DNA of 64,000 nt from positions 65,189 to 129,188 of the forward strand of contig DATLAJ010000146.1 of assembly GCA_035527515.1 (NCBI GenBank). The letters are read 5' to 3'. Positions within the stretch are counted from its first letter, which is position 1. Every line of letters begins with the position of its first letter. Positions 18,933 through 30,848 of this stretch are shown one piece after another. Source of the DNA: a bacterium (GTDB lineage Bacteria > B130-G9). The notes below the pieces were generated by a model. That model did no database searches. It saw only the letters and a program-made list of their open reading frames with translations, and was not told where the DNA came from. The position numbers and the translations under genes were made by a program.

Positions 18933-20861
18933 CTACATGATGCGAAATTGCACGCTTGCGATGGAGCCGATGGGGCGGAAAGGCTCACGGGCACGACTGA
19001 GCGCAGCAGCGAAGAGGTAGTCGCCGGGGATGACGTGCTCGTTCAGCGTGAACTCAAAGATGCAAGCCGGGCCGAAATGAAGCCCTTCGTCCAACAGAAC
19101 GTCGATCGCGTAGGGCGTGAAGTCAGTCGTGAGGCCGTCCGGCGTAATGTAAAACACCGTCCCGTCAGCCGCTACGAACGCCGCATAGAAGTCAACCCAG
19201 ATCGGCCAGCCATCGTTCCCAACTGCTACCTGCGCCCGCAGCCTGTCCCCAGGCCCCAGGGCCGGCGCCTCTGCCGCCCCTGCTATGATTGCGCCTCCGC
19301 CGATGCTTGCCTCGATTGTGGGCGGCGTGGCGGCGTAGTGGTAGCCGATATCGACCAGCTCAGTGTCGAAGGCGCCGTCCGTCCGCGTGGTGAAGAAGTT
19401 CATGCCGGCGATTGAGGCGCTTGTGGAGCCGGCGTCGATGCACGGGCTGTCCGCATCCTCTCCCGCCTCGGCCGACGATAGGTAATAGTCGCCCAGCGGC
19501 CCGCTCGCAAATATCGGGTCCCCCACGATGTTCCCCACCCCGGGGTAGCCTCCCTCAACGCAGCAGTATCGAACGCTAAGCGATGACCCGCTCAACTCAG
19601 TCTTGTTATTCCGTAAAATGCAGTTCCGAACATTCACGTCGCTCGTGCTGGAGGCCCGCAGGCCTCCCCAGCTAGGTTGATATCTACCCCAAGAGTCGGT
19701 CCAGCCAGCTCCATTGTCCAGGATTGTGCATCCCTCAACATTAAGCTGGTCCGCGTAACAACAATAGACGCCCCCTCCAGAGTTTCCCGAAATCAGGCAG
19801 TTCCGAACGACGTCATCTCCCACCCCCTCAGTGGCCCAAAAGTTAATCCCGCTCCGTTGGCTGTCGAGAATCCTGCAATCCGCTATCTTGACGTGGAATG
19901 GAGCGGCGATGTACCTGAAGTCGCCGTTGCACCAGACCCCATAAATGTTGTTCACGACAGTGCAGTTCGTCATCTCCAGCGAGAACCTGTCCCCCCTAGC
20001 CTCTCCGTCGGCTGCCGACGTGTAGGGTAACGGTGGCGCCGACCAAGCCGTCCAACTCACGCCACTAAGACCGCTCTCGTAGGGCCTGTCCGCTATGAGA
20101 CAGTCGCGGATGGTGGTTTCGCCCCAGATGCCTCGATGATCGTAGTAGATCTCCCCGTCTATCCCGCCGCCAATTAGCTTGCACTTCTCGATCAGGTTCC
20201 GGCCATCCTCGAGGCTGATGCCCCCACCATAGAAACTACACCGCCTCACCTCCGCCGAAGAAGCATTTAAGGCTAGGCCCCCGTCCACGAAGGTCGAATC
20301 CTCCACTGTAGCGTCTCGCCCCTTAAGATACGCCAAGCCCGTCAAGACACAAGCATCTACCCTAATGCGAGGGCTTTCACAATTCATGCTGAACCATGCT
20401 TCCTTCCCAGCAGTGGCGGTGCAACGTTCAATAATGATCGAGCCTTCCTCGGCCCCGGACGACGATGCGTGCAACGAGAGGCACGAGGCCGAGTTCCCGG
20501 TTAGCTGACAGTCTCGAACGACCACACGCCTACAGCAGTCGGTCCATATCCCTCCTGAGAATAACGACCGGCTCACCAGTGCCAGCCTTTCTACCCTCAG
20601 ATCATCTATGTGGGTCGCCTTGATGATCCGCTCATCTTCTGTGTCACCCAAGAGCCTGGTCGTCTCGCTCCCCTGACCAAGCAGAGAGGTGGAGGACATC
20701 AACTCCAGAGGAAATGTCTCCCCGTTAGTCTCCCAGGAGTAAGTCCCGGCGGCGACACTAATGGTCGCTGCCGTCGTCCCAGCCACATCCAAAGCGTGGG
20801 TAATCGTCTCGAAGGCTTGGACTGTCATCATCGCCCGGGCTTTTTTTGACTTCTTGCCCAC
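18933..20861 (-). CDS. Right-handed parallel β-helix repeat protein, paralog 3. No signal peptide. The Ig-like DTYQSGD-type domain is at the C-terminus.
   Basis: N-terminus MGKKSKKARAMMTVQAFETITHALDVAGTTAATISVAAGTYSWETNGETFPLE aligns to the post-signal region of paralogs 1 and 2. Internal GDYYLSSAEAGEDADSPCIDAGS...DIGYHY motif. The C-terminal 130 aa (GDRLRAQVAVGNDGWPIWVDFYAAFVAADGTVFYITPDG...) resemble the N-terminal domain of the paralogs. Confidence 0.7.
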   Translation of the reverse strand: MGKKSKKARAMMTVQAFETITHALDVAGTTAATISVAAGTYSWETNGETFPLELMSSTSLLGQGSETTRLLGDTEDERIIKATHIDDLRVERLALVSRSLFSGGIWTDCCRRVVVRDCQLTGNSASCLSLHASSSGAEEGSIIIERCTATAGKEAWFSMNCESPRIRVDACVLTGLAYLKGRDATVEDSTFVDGGLALNASSAEVRRCSFYGGGISLEDGRNLIEKCKLIGGGIDGEIYYDHRGIWGETTIRDCLIADRPYESGLSGVSWTAWSAPPLPYTSAADGEARGDRFSLEMTNCTVVNNIYGVWCNGDFRYIAAPFHVKIADCRILDSQRSGINFWATEGVGDDVVRNCLISGNSGGGVYCCYADQLNVEGCTILDNGAGWTDSWGRYQPSWGGLRASSTSDVNVRNCILRNNKTELSGSSLSVRYCCVEGGYPGVGNIVGDPIFASGPLGDYYLSSAEAGEDADSPCIDAGSTSASIAGMNFFTTRTDGAFDTELVDIGYHYAATPPTIEASIGGGAIIAGAAEAPALGPGDRLRAQVAVGNDGWPIWVDFYAAFVAADGTVFYITPDGLTTDFTPYAIDVLLDEGLHFGPACIFEFTLNEHVIPGDYLFAAALSRAREPFRPIGSIASVQFRIM

Positions 20862-20980
20862 AGCATTGTCATAATCCCTTCACTCTCGATTGGACTTTAC
20901 ATTTTTGGCCTAGGCGGAACAAAGATTCAGCTGCGGTGTTGGGTCTATGGTTTACGGACGTTTACAGGAGATAAATAGGC

Positions 20981-21190
20981 ATGCAGAAGGACATACATCC
21001 CAAGTACTATGAGACAACAGTTACGTGTGCTTGTGGGAACAAGTTCAAGACTCGTTCAACTAAGAAGAACATAAGGATCGAGATATGCTCCAAGTGCCAC
21101 CCCTTCTTCACCGGCAAACAGAAGCTGGTTGACACGGCCGGTCGCGTGGAGCGGTTTAGGAGAAAATACGGGCTCAAGGCGGACGAATAA
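20981..21190 (+). CDS. rpmE: 50S ribosomal protein L31.
   Basis: [63 protein letters not shown] is the canonical Zn-ribbon form of L31. Confidence 0.95.
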   Translation: MQKDIHPKYYETTVTCACGNKFKTRSTKKNIRIEICSKCHPFFTGKQKLVDTAGRVERFRRKYGLKADE

Positions 21191-22139
21191 TGCCGCTGAC
21201 AGTTGGGGGGCAGGCCGTAATCGAGGGGGTGATGCTCCGTTCACCTAACGCAGTAGCAGTAGCTGTGCGCGCAGCGGATGGCTCAATCAAGTCGAAGGTG
21301 GAGCAGATCAAACAGCCTTCGGAGCGTGTGCACCTATTGAAATGGCCGTTTTTTCGCGGCATCGCCACGCTTTGGGATTCTCTTTCGTTGGGGATCAAGT
21401 GCCTCAACTTCTCAGCTAAAGAATCTCTGCGTGACGCTTCCGAAAGCCACGAGGATAAGGGCACATTCTGGCCTTTCCTGCTCTCGATGCTCGCCGCACT
21501 TGGCATGGGCCTTGTCCTTTTTTTCATTCTGCCTCACGTCTTCACGGAGTTGCTGGGCTCTCAGTTTCCGATACTTCACAGCTCTAGCTACCTATTCAAC
21601 CTTGCAGACGGCGGCTTCAGGATCGTCATCTTCGTGCTCTACATTGTAGGCATCTCGCTGATGCCGGACATCAGGCGAGTATTCCAGTATCACGGCGCTG
21701 AGCACCGCGTCGTTCACGCATACGAGTCAGGCAAAGAGGTAACCGTGGAATCTGCACGCGATTTTGGCGTCCTTCATCGCCGCTGTGGAACGAGCTTCCT
21801 GCTTATTCTGCTGGTTGTTGTCATTCTGCTTTTCTCGCTCGTCCCGCAAGAGACAGACCCAATCAGCAAGGCGGCAACACGGCTGAAGTTCCTTCCGCTC
21901 GTCTTGGTCTTGGCGGCTGGCATCTCCTACGAGCTTCTTCGTCTGTCCGCAAAGGCCCCCAACTCGCTTTTCGTCAGAGCAATCACGGCGCCTGGGCTGA
22001 TGCTTCAGAGGCTTGTTACGAGGCAGCCATCGGATGAACAGGTCGAGGTCGCCATCGCCGCGTTGCATGGCGTTCTCGGCGCTGAACGTAGGCTGCGAGA
22101 GGACCGAATCAAGAAGGCTCAAGAGGAGGCGCTCTCAGT

Positions 22140-22143
<4 letters not shown>
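21190..22143 (+). CDS. DUF1385 family protein (YqhQ-like).
   Basis: [20 protein letters not shown]..., multiple TM helices, a conserved HGAEHRVVHAYE motif. Start overlaps the rpmE stop (TAATG). This is the usual position between rpmE and prfA. Confidence 0.75.
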
Positions 22144-23260
<1,117 letters not shown>

Positions 23261-23264
<4 letters not shown>

Positions 23265-24130
23265 GAGTTCATCCACAGTGCTTCCCGTGCTTCGTGAGGC
23301 AGGCACTGATCGCCGCGTCGCAAATAACTGACGATCCAGTTCGGGTGAAGGAGATTATTGACCTGTCGCTCGACCCGATCCGTAACGCTAAGTTGAGCGA
23401 CACCCCTGCCCACATCGCGACCGAGATTTACAGGAGAATAAGGGCGAGGCTCAACGGGACCGACCCATTCAGAAAAATCAAGGCTCGATGCACAGAGATG
23501 GCCTTGAAGATGGTGAGAGATTTCGAGCCGATAGAAAGGGCGCTGAACCCGCTTGAGTCGGCGATTCGGACGTCTGTGGCGGGGAACGTAATAGACTTCG
23601 GGATATACTCCGACATCGACCTTCGCCACGTCGTCGAGAACATCATGCAAGAGCAGTTTGGGATACTCTCGCTGTCAGAGCTCGAGTCTGACTTGGCATA
23701 TACGAAGAGCATTCTCTTCCTCGCTGACAACGCCGGGGAGCTCGTGTTTGACGTTCCCTTAATCGGCCATCTGCTTCAGTTCGGTTCGGTCAAGGTCGCT
23801 GTCAAAAGCGTGCCCGTAATCAATGACGCCACGATGGCGGACGCGATGGCTTCTGGGCTTCCGGCGGGCGCTGAGTTGATCGAGAACGGGAGCGATTGCG
23901 TCGGAACGATCCTCGAGACTTGCTCGGACACGTTCAGGAAGGCGTTTTACGACGCTGATCTCATCATCAGCAAGGGCCAGGCCAACTTCGAGACGCTGGA
24001 CGAGGTGAGAGAAGCCAACATCTATTTCTTGTTCAAGGCCAAATGTGAAGTTACGGCGGGCATGGTTGGCGTGGCGAAGGAGTCGCTCTGCGCGGTCTCT
24101 AGTCGGGCTATCAATCGGTTGCATGCTTGA
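23261..24130 (+). CDS. DUF89 family damage-control phosphatase (ARMT1-like).
   Basis: MRVHPQCFPCFVRQALIAASQITDD has the N-terminal C-P-C of DUF89. Conserved GNVIDFG...FLADNAGE...DLIISKGQANFE. TTG start overlapping the prfA stop. Confidence 0.7.
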
Positions 24131-24231
24131 GGTTCGAAAGTTTCCAGTTGCAGATTGTCCGCTGGAAGGGAGCCTTCTGTTCTGACAGGACGGCTCTTAA
24201 GGGCGGAAAGTTCACGAGGTAGGTGATTTAG

Positions 24232-25308
24232 ATGCGTTTTTTTGGTTTCGGTTCGAAGAAACCTAAGCAGGGCGAGAAAGCTGCGGAGTCCAATGCTAAG
24301 CAACAGGCCTCGCAGCAAGAGAGAAGTGGCACTCAGGATGAGTCCACAAAACCGAGAGAGCTAACTCGGAAACGTTTAGCTAAGGGCCTATTCAAAACGC
24401 GCGAGAAGCTCTCGGCAAGTCTGGGCCGGATATTCCTCGGCGCAAAGCACATCTCGCCCGAGCTGTTGAAGCAGCTTGAGGAGGCGCTGATCCTTGCCGA
24501 CGTTGGCGTTGATACTGTGGATAAGATCGTCGCGAAAGTTAGCGAGGACCTTAAGCGGCGAGAGCTGACTAAGCCTGATGTGGTCAAGTTCTCCGTGAAG
24601 AAGGCGCTGGTTGAGATTCTATCGTCTGGTGAGAGCAGGCGGGCGCCTTCGGTGATGGAATGCCGGCAGCGTCCGTTTGTGTCGCTGGTCGTTGGTGTGA
24701 ACGGGACTGGCAAGACGACGACCATAGCAAAGCTCGCCAGGCGGTATGTGCAGCAGGGAATAACGCCGATACTGGTTGCCGCTGATACGTTCCGCGCAGC
24801 TGCTATCGAGCAGTTGACTATTTGGGGAGAGCGAGCCGGAGTCGAGGTCATAGCCCACAAGCAGGGTGGCAGCCCGGCCGCAGTCGTGTTCGACGGCATT
24901 GCGGCGGCTCGGTCTAGGGGCGCCGACATGGTCATTGTCGATACTGCCGGGCGACTGCACACCAAGAAAAACCTCATGGCCGAGCTTGCCAAGGTGAGGC
25001 GCGTGGCCGCGACGAACGCCGATGGTGCGCCTCACGAGACGCTGCTGATACTTGACGCGACTTTGGGCCAGAATGCAGTGTCTCAGGCAAAGCAGTTCAG
25101 CGAGTGGTTGAACGGGATCACAGGGATCGTGCTGACCAAGATCGATGGGACGGCCAAGGGCGGTGTTGTCGTTACGATTGCGGACGAGCTCTCGATCCCG
25201 ATACTGTTTCTGGGCACGGGGGAGAAGATCGACGACCTGGTCGAATTCCAGCCGAGTGCGTTTGCAGACGCCCTTTTGGGATTGTCTAGCGAGCCACTTG
25301 GGGGCTGA
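24232..25308 (+). CDS. ftsY: Signal recognition particle receptor FtsY.
   Basis: NG domain with VVGVNGTGKTTTIAKLA, DTAGRLH and TKIDGTAKGG. Confidence 0.9.
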   Translation: MRFFGFGSKKPKQGEKAAESNAKQQASQQERSGTQDESTKPRELTRKRLAKGLFKTREKLSASLGRIFLGAKHISPELLKQLEEALILADVGVDTVDKIVAKVSEDLKRRELTKPDVVKFSVKKALVEILSSGESRRAPSVMECRQRPFVSLVVGVNGTGKTTTIAKLARRYVQQGITPILVAADTFRAAAIEQLTIWGERAGVEVIAHKQGGSPAAVVFDGIAAARSRGADMVIVDTAGRLHTKKNLMAELAKVRRVAATNADGAPHETLLILDATLGQNAVSQAKQFSEWLNGITGIVLTKIDGTAKGGVVVTIADELSIPILFLGTGEKIDDLVEFQPSAFADALLGLSSEPLGG

Positions 25309-25352
25309 AATGGCAGCCCGCACCGAGAAGCCATGCTTGTCGGAGGTCTGAT

Positions 25353-26477
25353 ATGGCTGAACACGACGTCGAGTTTATGAAGGAGTGCCTGCGGCTCGCG
25401 GCCAGAGCCCGGGGCAAAACGTCTCCCAATCCCATGGTGGGAGCTGTTCTGGTCAAGGACGGCACCAAGACCGCCAGCGGCTATCACGTTCGCGCGGGCG
25501 AGCCTCACGCCGAGGTGGTGGCAATCAGAAGGGCTGGCTCGCTAGCTCGCGGCAGCACTATGTTCGTGAATCTCGAGCCGTGCAGCCACTTCGGCCGAAC
25601 ACCGCCCTGCGCTGCTCTAATAGTCAAAACTGGCATCAAACGCGTCGTTGTGGGCACCCCAGACCCAAACCCGCTCGTCGCAGGCCGGGGCATCGCCATC
25701 CTCCGAAGGGCTGGCATCGAGCTCGAGGTCGGCGTTCTAGAGGACCGGTGCAGACTTCTGAACGAGGCCTATTTCAAGTTCATCACGACCGGCCTGCCCT
25801 TCGTAACGCTCAAGCTCGCCCAAACCCTGGACGGCAAGATAGCCACCAAGTCTGGCGACTCGAGATGGATTACTGGCCTTAAGGCCCGTCAGTTCGCCCA
25901 CAGGTTGCGGGCTGAGAGCGACGTTGTGCTCGTGGGCAGGGGAACTTTGGAGAAAGACGATCCCGAACTCACCGTCCGCCACGTGAGTCCAGCACGTCCA
26001 GACCGCCCCATTCGTGTGGTCCTCGACAGCATGTTGAAAACACCGCCTGCCGCCAAGGTCCTTACGACGGGTCAATGCGAGACCATCATCGCGACCACCG
26101 ATGCCGCGTCAGTGCAACGAGAGGAGGCACTCAGACGTGCCGGCGCCTCGTTCATCAGAACGCGGGCTCGAGACGGGCGCGTCGATGTCGAGGCTGTGCT
26201 TCGGGCGCTGGCAGAGCGAGGGCTTATGAGCGTGCTGGTGGAGGGCGGCGCCGAGGTGGCATGGGAGTTTGTCGCAAGATGCCTCGTGGACAAGGCGGTC
26301 TTCGTGATAGCGCCGAAGGTGCTGGGCGGGCGGGAGAGCATTTCCTCGGTCTTGGGTGTCGGATTTGCGTCCGTCTCTGAGGCAATGCAGCTTGATGTGC
26401 ACAAAGTGATGCGGTTAGGGGACGACATCGGACTGATTGCATATCCCCGTCCGGGACCAGGTGTCGAGCGAGGTTGA
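25353..26477 (+). CDS. ribD: Bifunctional riboflavin biosynthesis protein RibD (deaminase plus reductase).
   Basis: Cytidine/dCMP deaminase zinc motif HAEVVAI...PCSHFGRTPPC, followed by a RibD C-terminal reductase domain. Confidence 0.9.
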   Translation: MAEHDVEFMKECLRLAARARGKTSPNPMVGAVLVKDGTKTASGYHVRAGEPHAEVVAIRRAGSLARGSTMFVNLEPCSHFGRTPPCAALIVKTGIKRVVVGTPDPNPLVAGRGIAILRRAGIELEVGVLEDRCRLLNEAYFKFITTGLPFVTLKLAQTLDGKIATKSGDSRWITGLKARQFAHRLRAESDVVLVGRGTLEKDDPELTVRHVSPARPDRPIRVVLDSMLKTPPAAKVLTTGQCETIIATTDAASVQREEALRRAGASFIRTRARDGRVDVEAVLRALAERGLMSVLVEGGAEVAWEFVARCLVDKAVFVIAPKVLGGRESISSVLGVGFASVSEAMQLDVHKVMRLGDDIGLIAYPRPGPGVERG

Positions 26478-26553
26478 CATAGGCGGCGTTCTGCACGAGT
26501 ATTTGAGCATGTACGGTAGTTGACAGGTCGCGACGATTGAGGAGGCTAAAGAG

Positions 26554-27453
26554 ATGCTGGACGTTGAGGTTGCCCACGAGCAGATGGCGCAGGACAGGAG
26601 GAAGCTTGCGGAGCTGGACATGGTCAGTGCCCTTGCTGAGCCCAAGGAACTGCCAGCGCTCCCAGCTATCGCCGTGCGCGTGATGCAGATCACGTCCGAT
26701 CCCAAAGCGAAACTGCCGGAGCTGAAGCGTATGATCGAGACGGACGAGGCGCTCGCCTCAAAGGTGCTCAAGTTCTCGAACTCTGCATTGTATGGTCGTA
26801 CAGGCCGCGTGTCCACGCTAACTGCCGCGATAACGGCGCTCGGTTTCTTGACCGTTCGTTGGCTCGCGGTTACCGCCTCGGCGCACACGCTTTTTCGCAA
26901 AAGCGGAGGTAGCAACTCGGACCACACCGCGCTTTGGAAACACTCTCTCAAATGTGCAATCACGTCCCGCATCCTCGCCAAGCGACTCGACAGCGGACAA
27001 GACCTCGAGGAGGCGTTCTTGGCTGGATTATTACACGACATCGGCAAGCTCGCTATCCTCGACAAGATGCCGGGATACATATCGAGGTTCTGTCAGTGGT
27101 GCGATGCTCTCTCGCTGGAGTTCTCTCAGGTCGAGGTGGACGTCATCGGCGTCGATCACAGCGAGGTCTCGGGCCACGTGTTCGAGCTGTGGAATATGCC
27201 CGCCTCTCTGTCAGACGCAGTATCTCACCACCACTCCCCCCAAGCGGCCAAAGTAAACAGAACCATGGCTGAGATACTCTGGATGGCCAATGAGTTCTTC
27301 CCGATGGAAGCCTGCGGCCACCCCTCGCCAACCGACGAGGAGCTGGCCGCCCTGCCACTGATGCTCCAGCACAACATGAACGAGAGAGACGCGGCTGCCA
27401 TCAAAGAGGAGACCATGTCGCGCTATTCCGAGCTCTCTGACCTACTCAGGTAG
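26554..27453 (+). CDS. HDOD domain-containing signalling protein.
   Basis: LPALPAIAVRVMQITSDPKAKLPELKRMIETDEALASKVLKFSNSALYG...AGLLHDIGKLAI is the HDOD signature. GAGGAGG SD. Confidence 0.75.
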   Translation: MLDVEVAHEQMAQDRRKLAELDMVSALAEPKELPALPAIAVRVMQITSDPKAKLPELKRMIETDEALASKVLKFSNSALYGRTGRVSTLTAAITALGFLTVRWLAVTASAHTLFRKSGGSNSDHTALWKHSLKCAITSRILAKRLDSGQDLEEAFLAGLLHDIGKLAILDKMPGYISRFCQWCDALSLEFSQVEVDVIGVDHSEVSGHVFELWNMPASLSDAVSHHHSPQAAKVNRTMAEILWMANEFFPMEACGHPSPTDEELAALPLMLQHNMNERDAAAIKEETMSRYSELSDLLR

Positions 27454-27474
27454 CGCGGGACCTCTGTCAGGTTT

Positions 27475-27850
27475 GACTGGCCCCGTTCCCCGACAGGGGG
27501 AGCTTCTTTCTCTGAATCACCGTATTTTAATGCGGTGATATAGACGGCTCTCATTGTCCTAACACCCGAATTCATTCGGGTGGGCCGAGGATGCCGAAGC
27601 GCCCCCTCTCCTCCCTCCGAGAGTCCCCATCTGAAGGGAAAAGAGAGGAAGCTGTCCGCCCGCCCGGGATCCCCCATCTGAAGATGGGGGCTAGGATCAT
27701 GGTAGCCTTCTGCATCGCCTCGGCTAAAGCCGGGCGATGAGGTGGCGCCTGCCTGAGCTTGCTTCCTCCTGATCACCGTATTTCAATGCGGTGATATGGA
27801 CGGCTCTCATTATCCCAACACCCGAATTCATTCGGGTGGCCTGCCTCGAC
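27475..27850. repeat. Composite palindromic repeat cluster, family 1 (modules Y-Z-X-Y), between convergent gene ends. The last module supplies the tatD stop codon.
   Basis: Y modules lie at about 27505-27595 and 27768-27850. The X module at about 27665-27765 has stem CCCCCATCT-GA-AGATGGGGG instead of CCCCCGAAT-GA-ATTCGGGGG, which is a compensatory palindrome. Z module with CCCTCTCCTCCC. Confidence 0.7.
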
Positions 27851-28622
27851 CGAAAATTCGGCGGGCATTCTCCGCCGTTATCCTCGCTATGTGTTCTTTC
27901 GAGGCGCCGCGGATTCTCGCCAACCGCTCCACGACATAGACCAAAAAAGACGGCTCGTTTCGCTTGCCTCGCATAGGGCTGGGGGCGAGGAACGGAGCAT
28001 CGGTCTCGACAAGGAGCCTATCGTCTGGAACAGCGGCTGCGCTCTCGGAAACCTGCTGCGCATTTCTAAACGTTACGATACCGGAGAACGAGACGTAGAA
28101 ACCTAGCTCGACAGCCCTGAGCGCCTCCTGTGCACTTCCGGTGAAACAGTGAAACACGCCGGCCGATGCGCCGTGCTTTGCCAGAAGGGAGCACGTCTCC
28201 TCGAAAGCATCTCTGATGTGGATGACGAGGGGCAGGCCGAGGTGCACGGCGAGTTCGATATGTTTAATAAATGCGGAAATCTGCGCTTCGCGGGGCGAGA
28301 TGAGGCGAAAGAAATCGAGGCCCGTCTCGCCGACTGCGACGACTTCGTCCCGATTCTCAGCGGCCATCGTGCCCAGGGACTTGCCGAAGTCATCCGGCGC
28401 ATCTTTGGCATCGTGAGGCGATACGCCCACTGTCGCCCAAAGAGCATCGTATCGCCTCGCCATCTCGATCGCGCGCCGGCTGTGTTCGACTGTGTACCCG
28501 ACAACGTTGATCGAGGTTACTGAGGCTTCTTGGGCGCGGTCAAGCACCGTATCGAGCTCCTCCTCGAACTGAGGCGCCGTGAGGTGGCAGTGCGAGTCAA
28601 TCAGGCCAGGATACTTCGACAT
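27828..28622 (-). CDS. tatD: TatD-family metal-dependent hydrolase/DNase.
   Basis: MSKYPGLIDSHCHL (HxH), VGETGLDF, IHIRDA, FHCF and ETDAPF are the TatD motifs. Start chosen at the internal Met. The C-terminal 6 aa and stop lie within the repeat hairpin CACCCGAATTCATTCGGGTGG. Confidence 0.85.
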   Translation of the reverse strand: MSKYPGLIDSHCHLTAPQFEEELDTVLDRAQEASVTSINVVGYTVEHSRRAIEMARRYDALWATVGVSPHDAKDAPDDFGKSLGTMAAENRDEVVAVGETGLDFFRLISPREAQISAFIKHIELAVHLGLPLVIHIRDAFEETCSLLAKHGASAGVFHCFTGSAQEALRAVELGFYVSFSGIVTFRNAQQVSESAAAVPDDRLLVETDAPFLAPSPMRGKRNEPSFLVYVVERLARIRGASKEHIARITAENARRIFGRGRPPE

Positions 28623-29643
28623 CTCGCAGGTATTTAGCCGCCTGCTCCGGCGGCGTCGGGTTAATGTAAAAGCCCGTTCCCCACTCAAAGCCCGCGATCT
28701 TCGTGACCCTGGGCATGATCTCGATGTGCCAGTGGTAGTCTAGGTCGAGCGTCTGCCAGTAGCCTGGACGGCGGGCCTTGCCCTTGGTGTTTGGCGAGTT
28801 GTGCAAGACGAAGTTATACGGCGGTGATTCGAGTGCGACCGAGATACGTTTCAAGCTGTCCCGTAGGGCAAGCGCAAAGTGATGCAAAAGCTCGTCCGAC
28901 GAGCACGAGAAATGCGCCGAGTGCTTGCGCGGGAATATCCACGTCTCAAACGGAAAGCGGGATGCGAACGGGCACAGAGCCACGAAATGCTCGTTCACCG
29001 AGACTATCCTCTCCTCATCTTTGATCTCCTGCGCCAGAATATCGCAGAACAGGCATCGTTCCTTGTCGAGAAAATGGCTCTGAGCCGAGATCATCTCCTG
29101 CTTGACCACGCGCGGCGTTACCGGTGTGGCGATTAGCTGCGTATGTGGATGCTCGAGCGAGGCGCCAGCCGCGAAACCGAAGTTCTTGAAAATGAGAATG
29201 TACCTGAGCCTCATGTCGTTGACCAGGTCCATTATTCTCGCCCGGTAGGTCGAGAGGATTATCTCTAGATGCGGAAGCGGCATGTCGCCCATCTCAAGAT
29301 CGTGCTGCGGAGTCTCGATGATAACCTCGTGCGCACCTATACCGTTCATGCAGTCGAAAAGCCCGTTCCCTCGCCGATCTAAATTGCCCTCTATCGCCAG
29401 CGCTGGGAACCTGTTCGGGACGACTCGCGTCTGCCATCCCGGAGTGTTTGGCTTGCGCCCATTATATGGCAAAGCGAATATCTCTGGCGGCGTCTTATCC
29501 TCGTTACCCTCGCAGAACGGGCAGAAGCCGTCGGAAGGCCGCCGCTGTTCTGTGTGTAGGCGAAAATCCGATGGCCGCCTCGCCCTGTCTGTGGCGATAA
29601 TTACCCAGCGGTTAGCAATCGGGCTCTTTCTCAGCTCCGGCAC
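28597..29643 (-). CDS. galT: Galactose-1-phosphate uridylyltransferase (HIT superfamily, class I GalT).
   Basis: CPFCEGNE...VVPNRFPAL; HxHxQ-type motif LEHPHTQLIA; duplicated HIT-like halves. Confidence 0.85.
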   Translation of the reverse strand: MPELRKSPIANRWVIIATDRARRPSDFRLHTEQRRPSDGFCPFCEGNEDKTPPEIFALPYNGRKPNTPGWQTRVVPNRFPALAIEGNLDRRGNGLFDCMNGIGAHEVIIETPQHDLEMGDMPLPHLEIILSTYRARIMDLVNDMRLRYILIFKNFGFAAGASLEHPHTQLIATPVTPRVVKQEMISAQSHFLDKERCLFCDILAQEIKDEERIVSVNEHFVALCPFASRFPFETWIFPRKHSAHFSCSSDELLHHFALALRDSLKRISVALESPPYNFVLHNSPNTKGKARRPGYWQTLDLDYHWHIEIMPRVTKIAGFEWGTGFYINPTPPEQAAKYLRDVEVSWPD

Positions 29644-29716
29644 CTTGTTCCTCCAATCAAACGCAAATGCTCAATCCTAAACCACCATGAGGCCATCAAC
29701 TTCTGCGCTCCATCTC

Positions 29717-30808
29717 TTACCGTCTCAGAATCTCAACGAGAGGTGAAACCTCTCTCTGTAATATCGGAAGATCAACCACGATATTGCCCAACCTCTCCGA
29801 TTCGTAGATCGCCCAGATTATGTGCAGCGACTCTCTGGCGTCTCTTCCGCTTGACCTGTTCGCTTTCACGCCTTCAATAACGCCGACCAAGTTCTCGACC
29901 ATTGACAGGTATGAGCTCTTATAGACTTCAGGAAGCGGAAATGGTTTGGCCGAAAGCTCGCGAAAACCGTCGAAACTCTGCGAATGTTCGCTTATCCAAA
30001 GGTCGTTGATCCCGTTCCCGACAGATATCTTGCCCTTCGCGCCCCAAAACTCCAGCGCGAAGTAAAAATACGCCCTCCTGCCGCCCACCTCCACGTTGGC
30101 CTGTATCCCACTCTCGAGCGATAGCGTCGCGTTCGCCGAATCCTCTATCGGAAGCCTCGTGTTACGTTGGACGAAGCCGACCACGGAGCTCACATCGCCG
30201 GCAAAGAAGCGAAGCAGATCGAAAAGGTGCGTTCCATCGTGCAGCAGGGGCCCGCCGCCCACTAAGGACAGGTCGCTCTTCCAGCTCTCTTCGTCCGGGA
30301 CCCCACAGAGCATCGCACCCCAGATGCTTCTCAGCGGGCCGATGACGTCATCCTCGATGAGCCGCTTGGCGGCAATGAATCGCTGGTCCCAACGCCGCTC
30401 GTGGTTCACCATCAGAACCACGCCGTTGCTCTCGCACTCGCTGATCATCTCGTCCGCGTCCGCAAGCGAGAGCGCAATCGGCTTCTCGCAGAGTATCCCC
30501 TTGACGCCACAGTTGGCCGCCTCGACGACTATGTCCTTGTGCGTGCTGGTCCATGAGGCCACGGAGATTATCTCCGGCCTCTCCTTGGCCAAGAGCTCTC
30601 GGTAGTCGAGATAGAGCCGGTCAACGCCCCAATCGGCCCTGAACGACGCGAGCCGGTCTGGGTCGATGTCGCAGGCGCACGTTACATCCGTGTGCTCACA
30701 CCCGGCGAAAGCGCCGGCGTGCGTGCATGGTTTTCGCCTGTAAGGGTCTCTCGCAAGGAGCGAGCCCACGCGTCCACAACCCACAATCCCTACTTTTAAC
30801 CTGGCCAT
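29717..30808 (-). CDS. Gfo/Idh/MocA family NAD(P)-dependent oxidoreductase.
   Basis: LKVGIVGCGRVG Rossmann N-terminus, EKPIALSLADADEM, and a C-terminal α/β domain typical of the family. Confidence 0.8.
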   Translation of the reverse strand: MARLKVGIVGCGRVGSLLARDPYRRKPCTHAGAFAGCEHTDVTCACDIDPDRLASFRADWGVDRLYLDYRELLAKERPEIISVASWTSTHKDIVVEAANCGVKGILCEKPIALSLADADEMISECESNGVVLMVNHERRWDQRFIAAKRLIEDDVIGPLRSIWGAMLCGVPDEESWKSDLSLVGGGPLLHDGTHLFDLLRFFAGDVSSVVGFVQRNTRLPIEDSANATLSLESGIQANVEVGGRRAYFYFALEFWGAKGKISVGNGINDLWISEHSQSFDGFRELSAKPFPLPEVYKSSYLSMVENLVGVIEGVKANRSSGRDARESLHIIWAIYESERLGNIVVDLPILQREVSPLVEILRR

Positions 30809-30848
30809 GTCTCTCTAGAGGCTGTCCCATAAGTCCGTTTTGCCTGTG

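Noticed and set aside
20848-20860. A7/T7 homopolymer at codons 5-7 of β-helix paralog 3 as a phase-variation tract.
   Set aside because: Seven residues is short for efficient slippage and there is no supporting heterogeneity evidence. Not reported as a finding.
24333-25323. Track ORFs 24333..24992(-) and 24619..25323(-) (219-234 aa).
   Set aside because: Antisense to ftsY, whose NG-domain GTPase motifs are complete.
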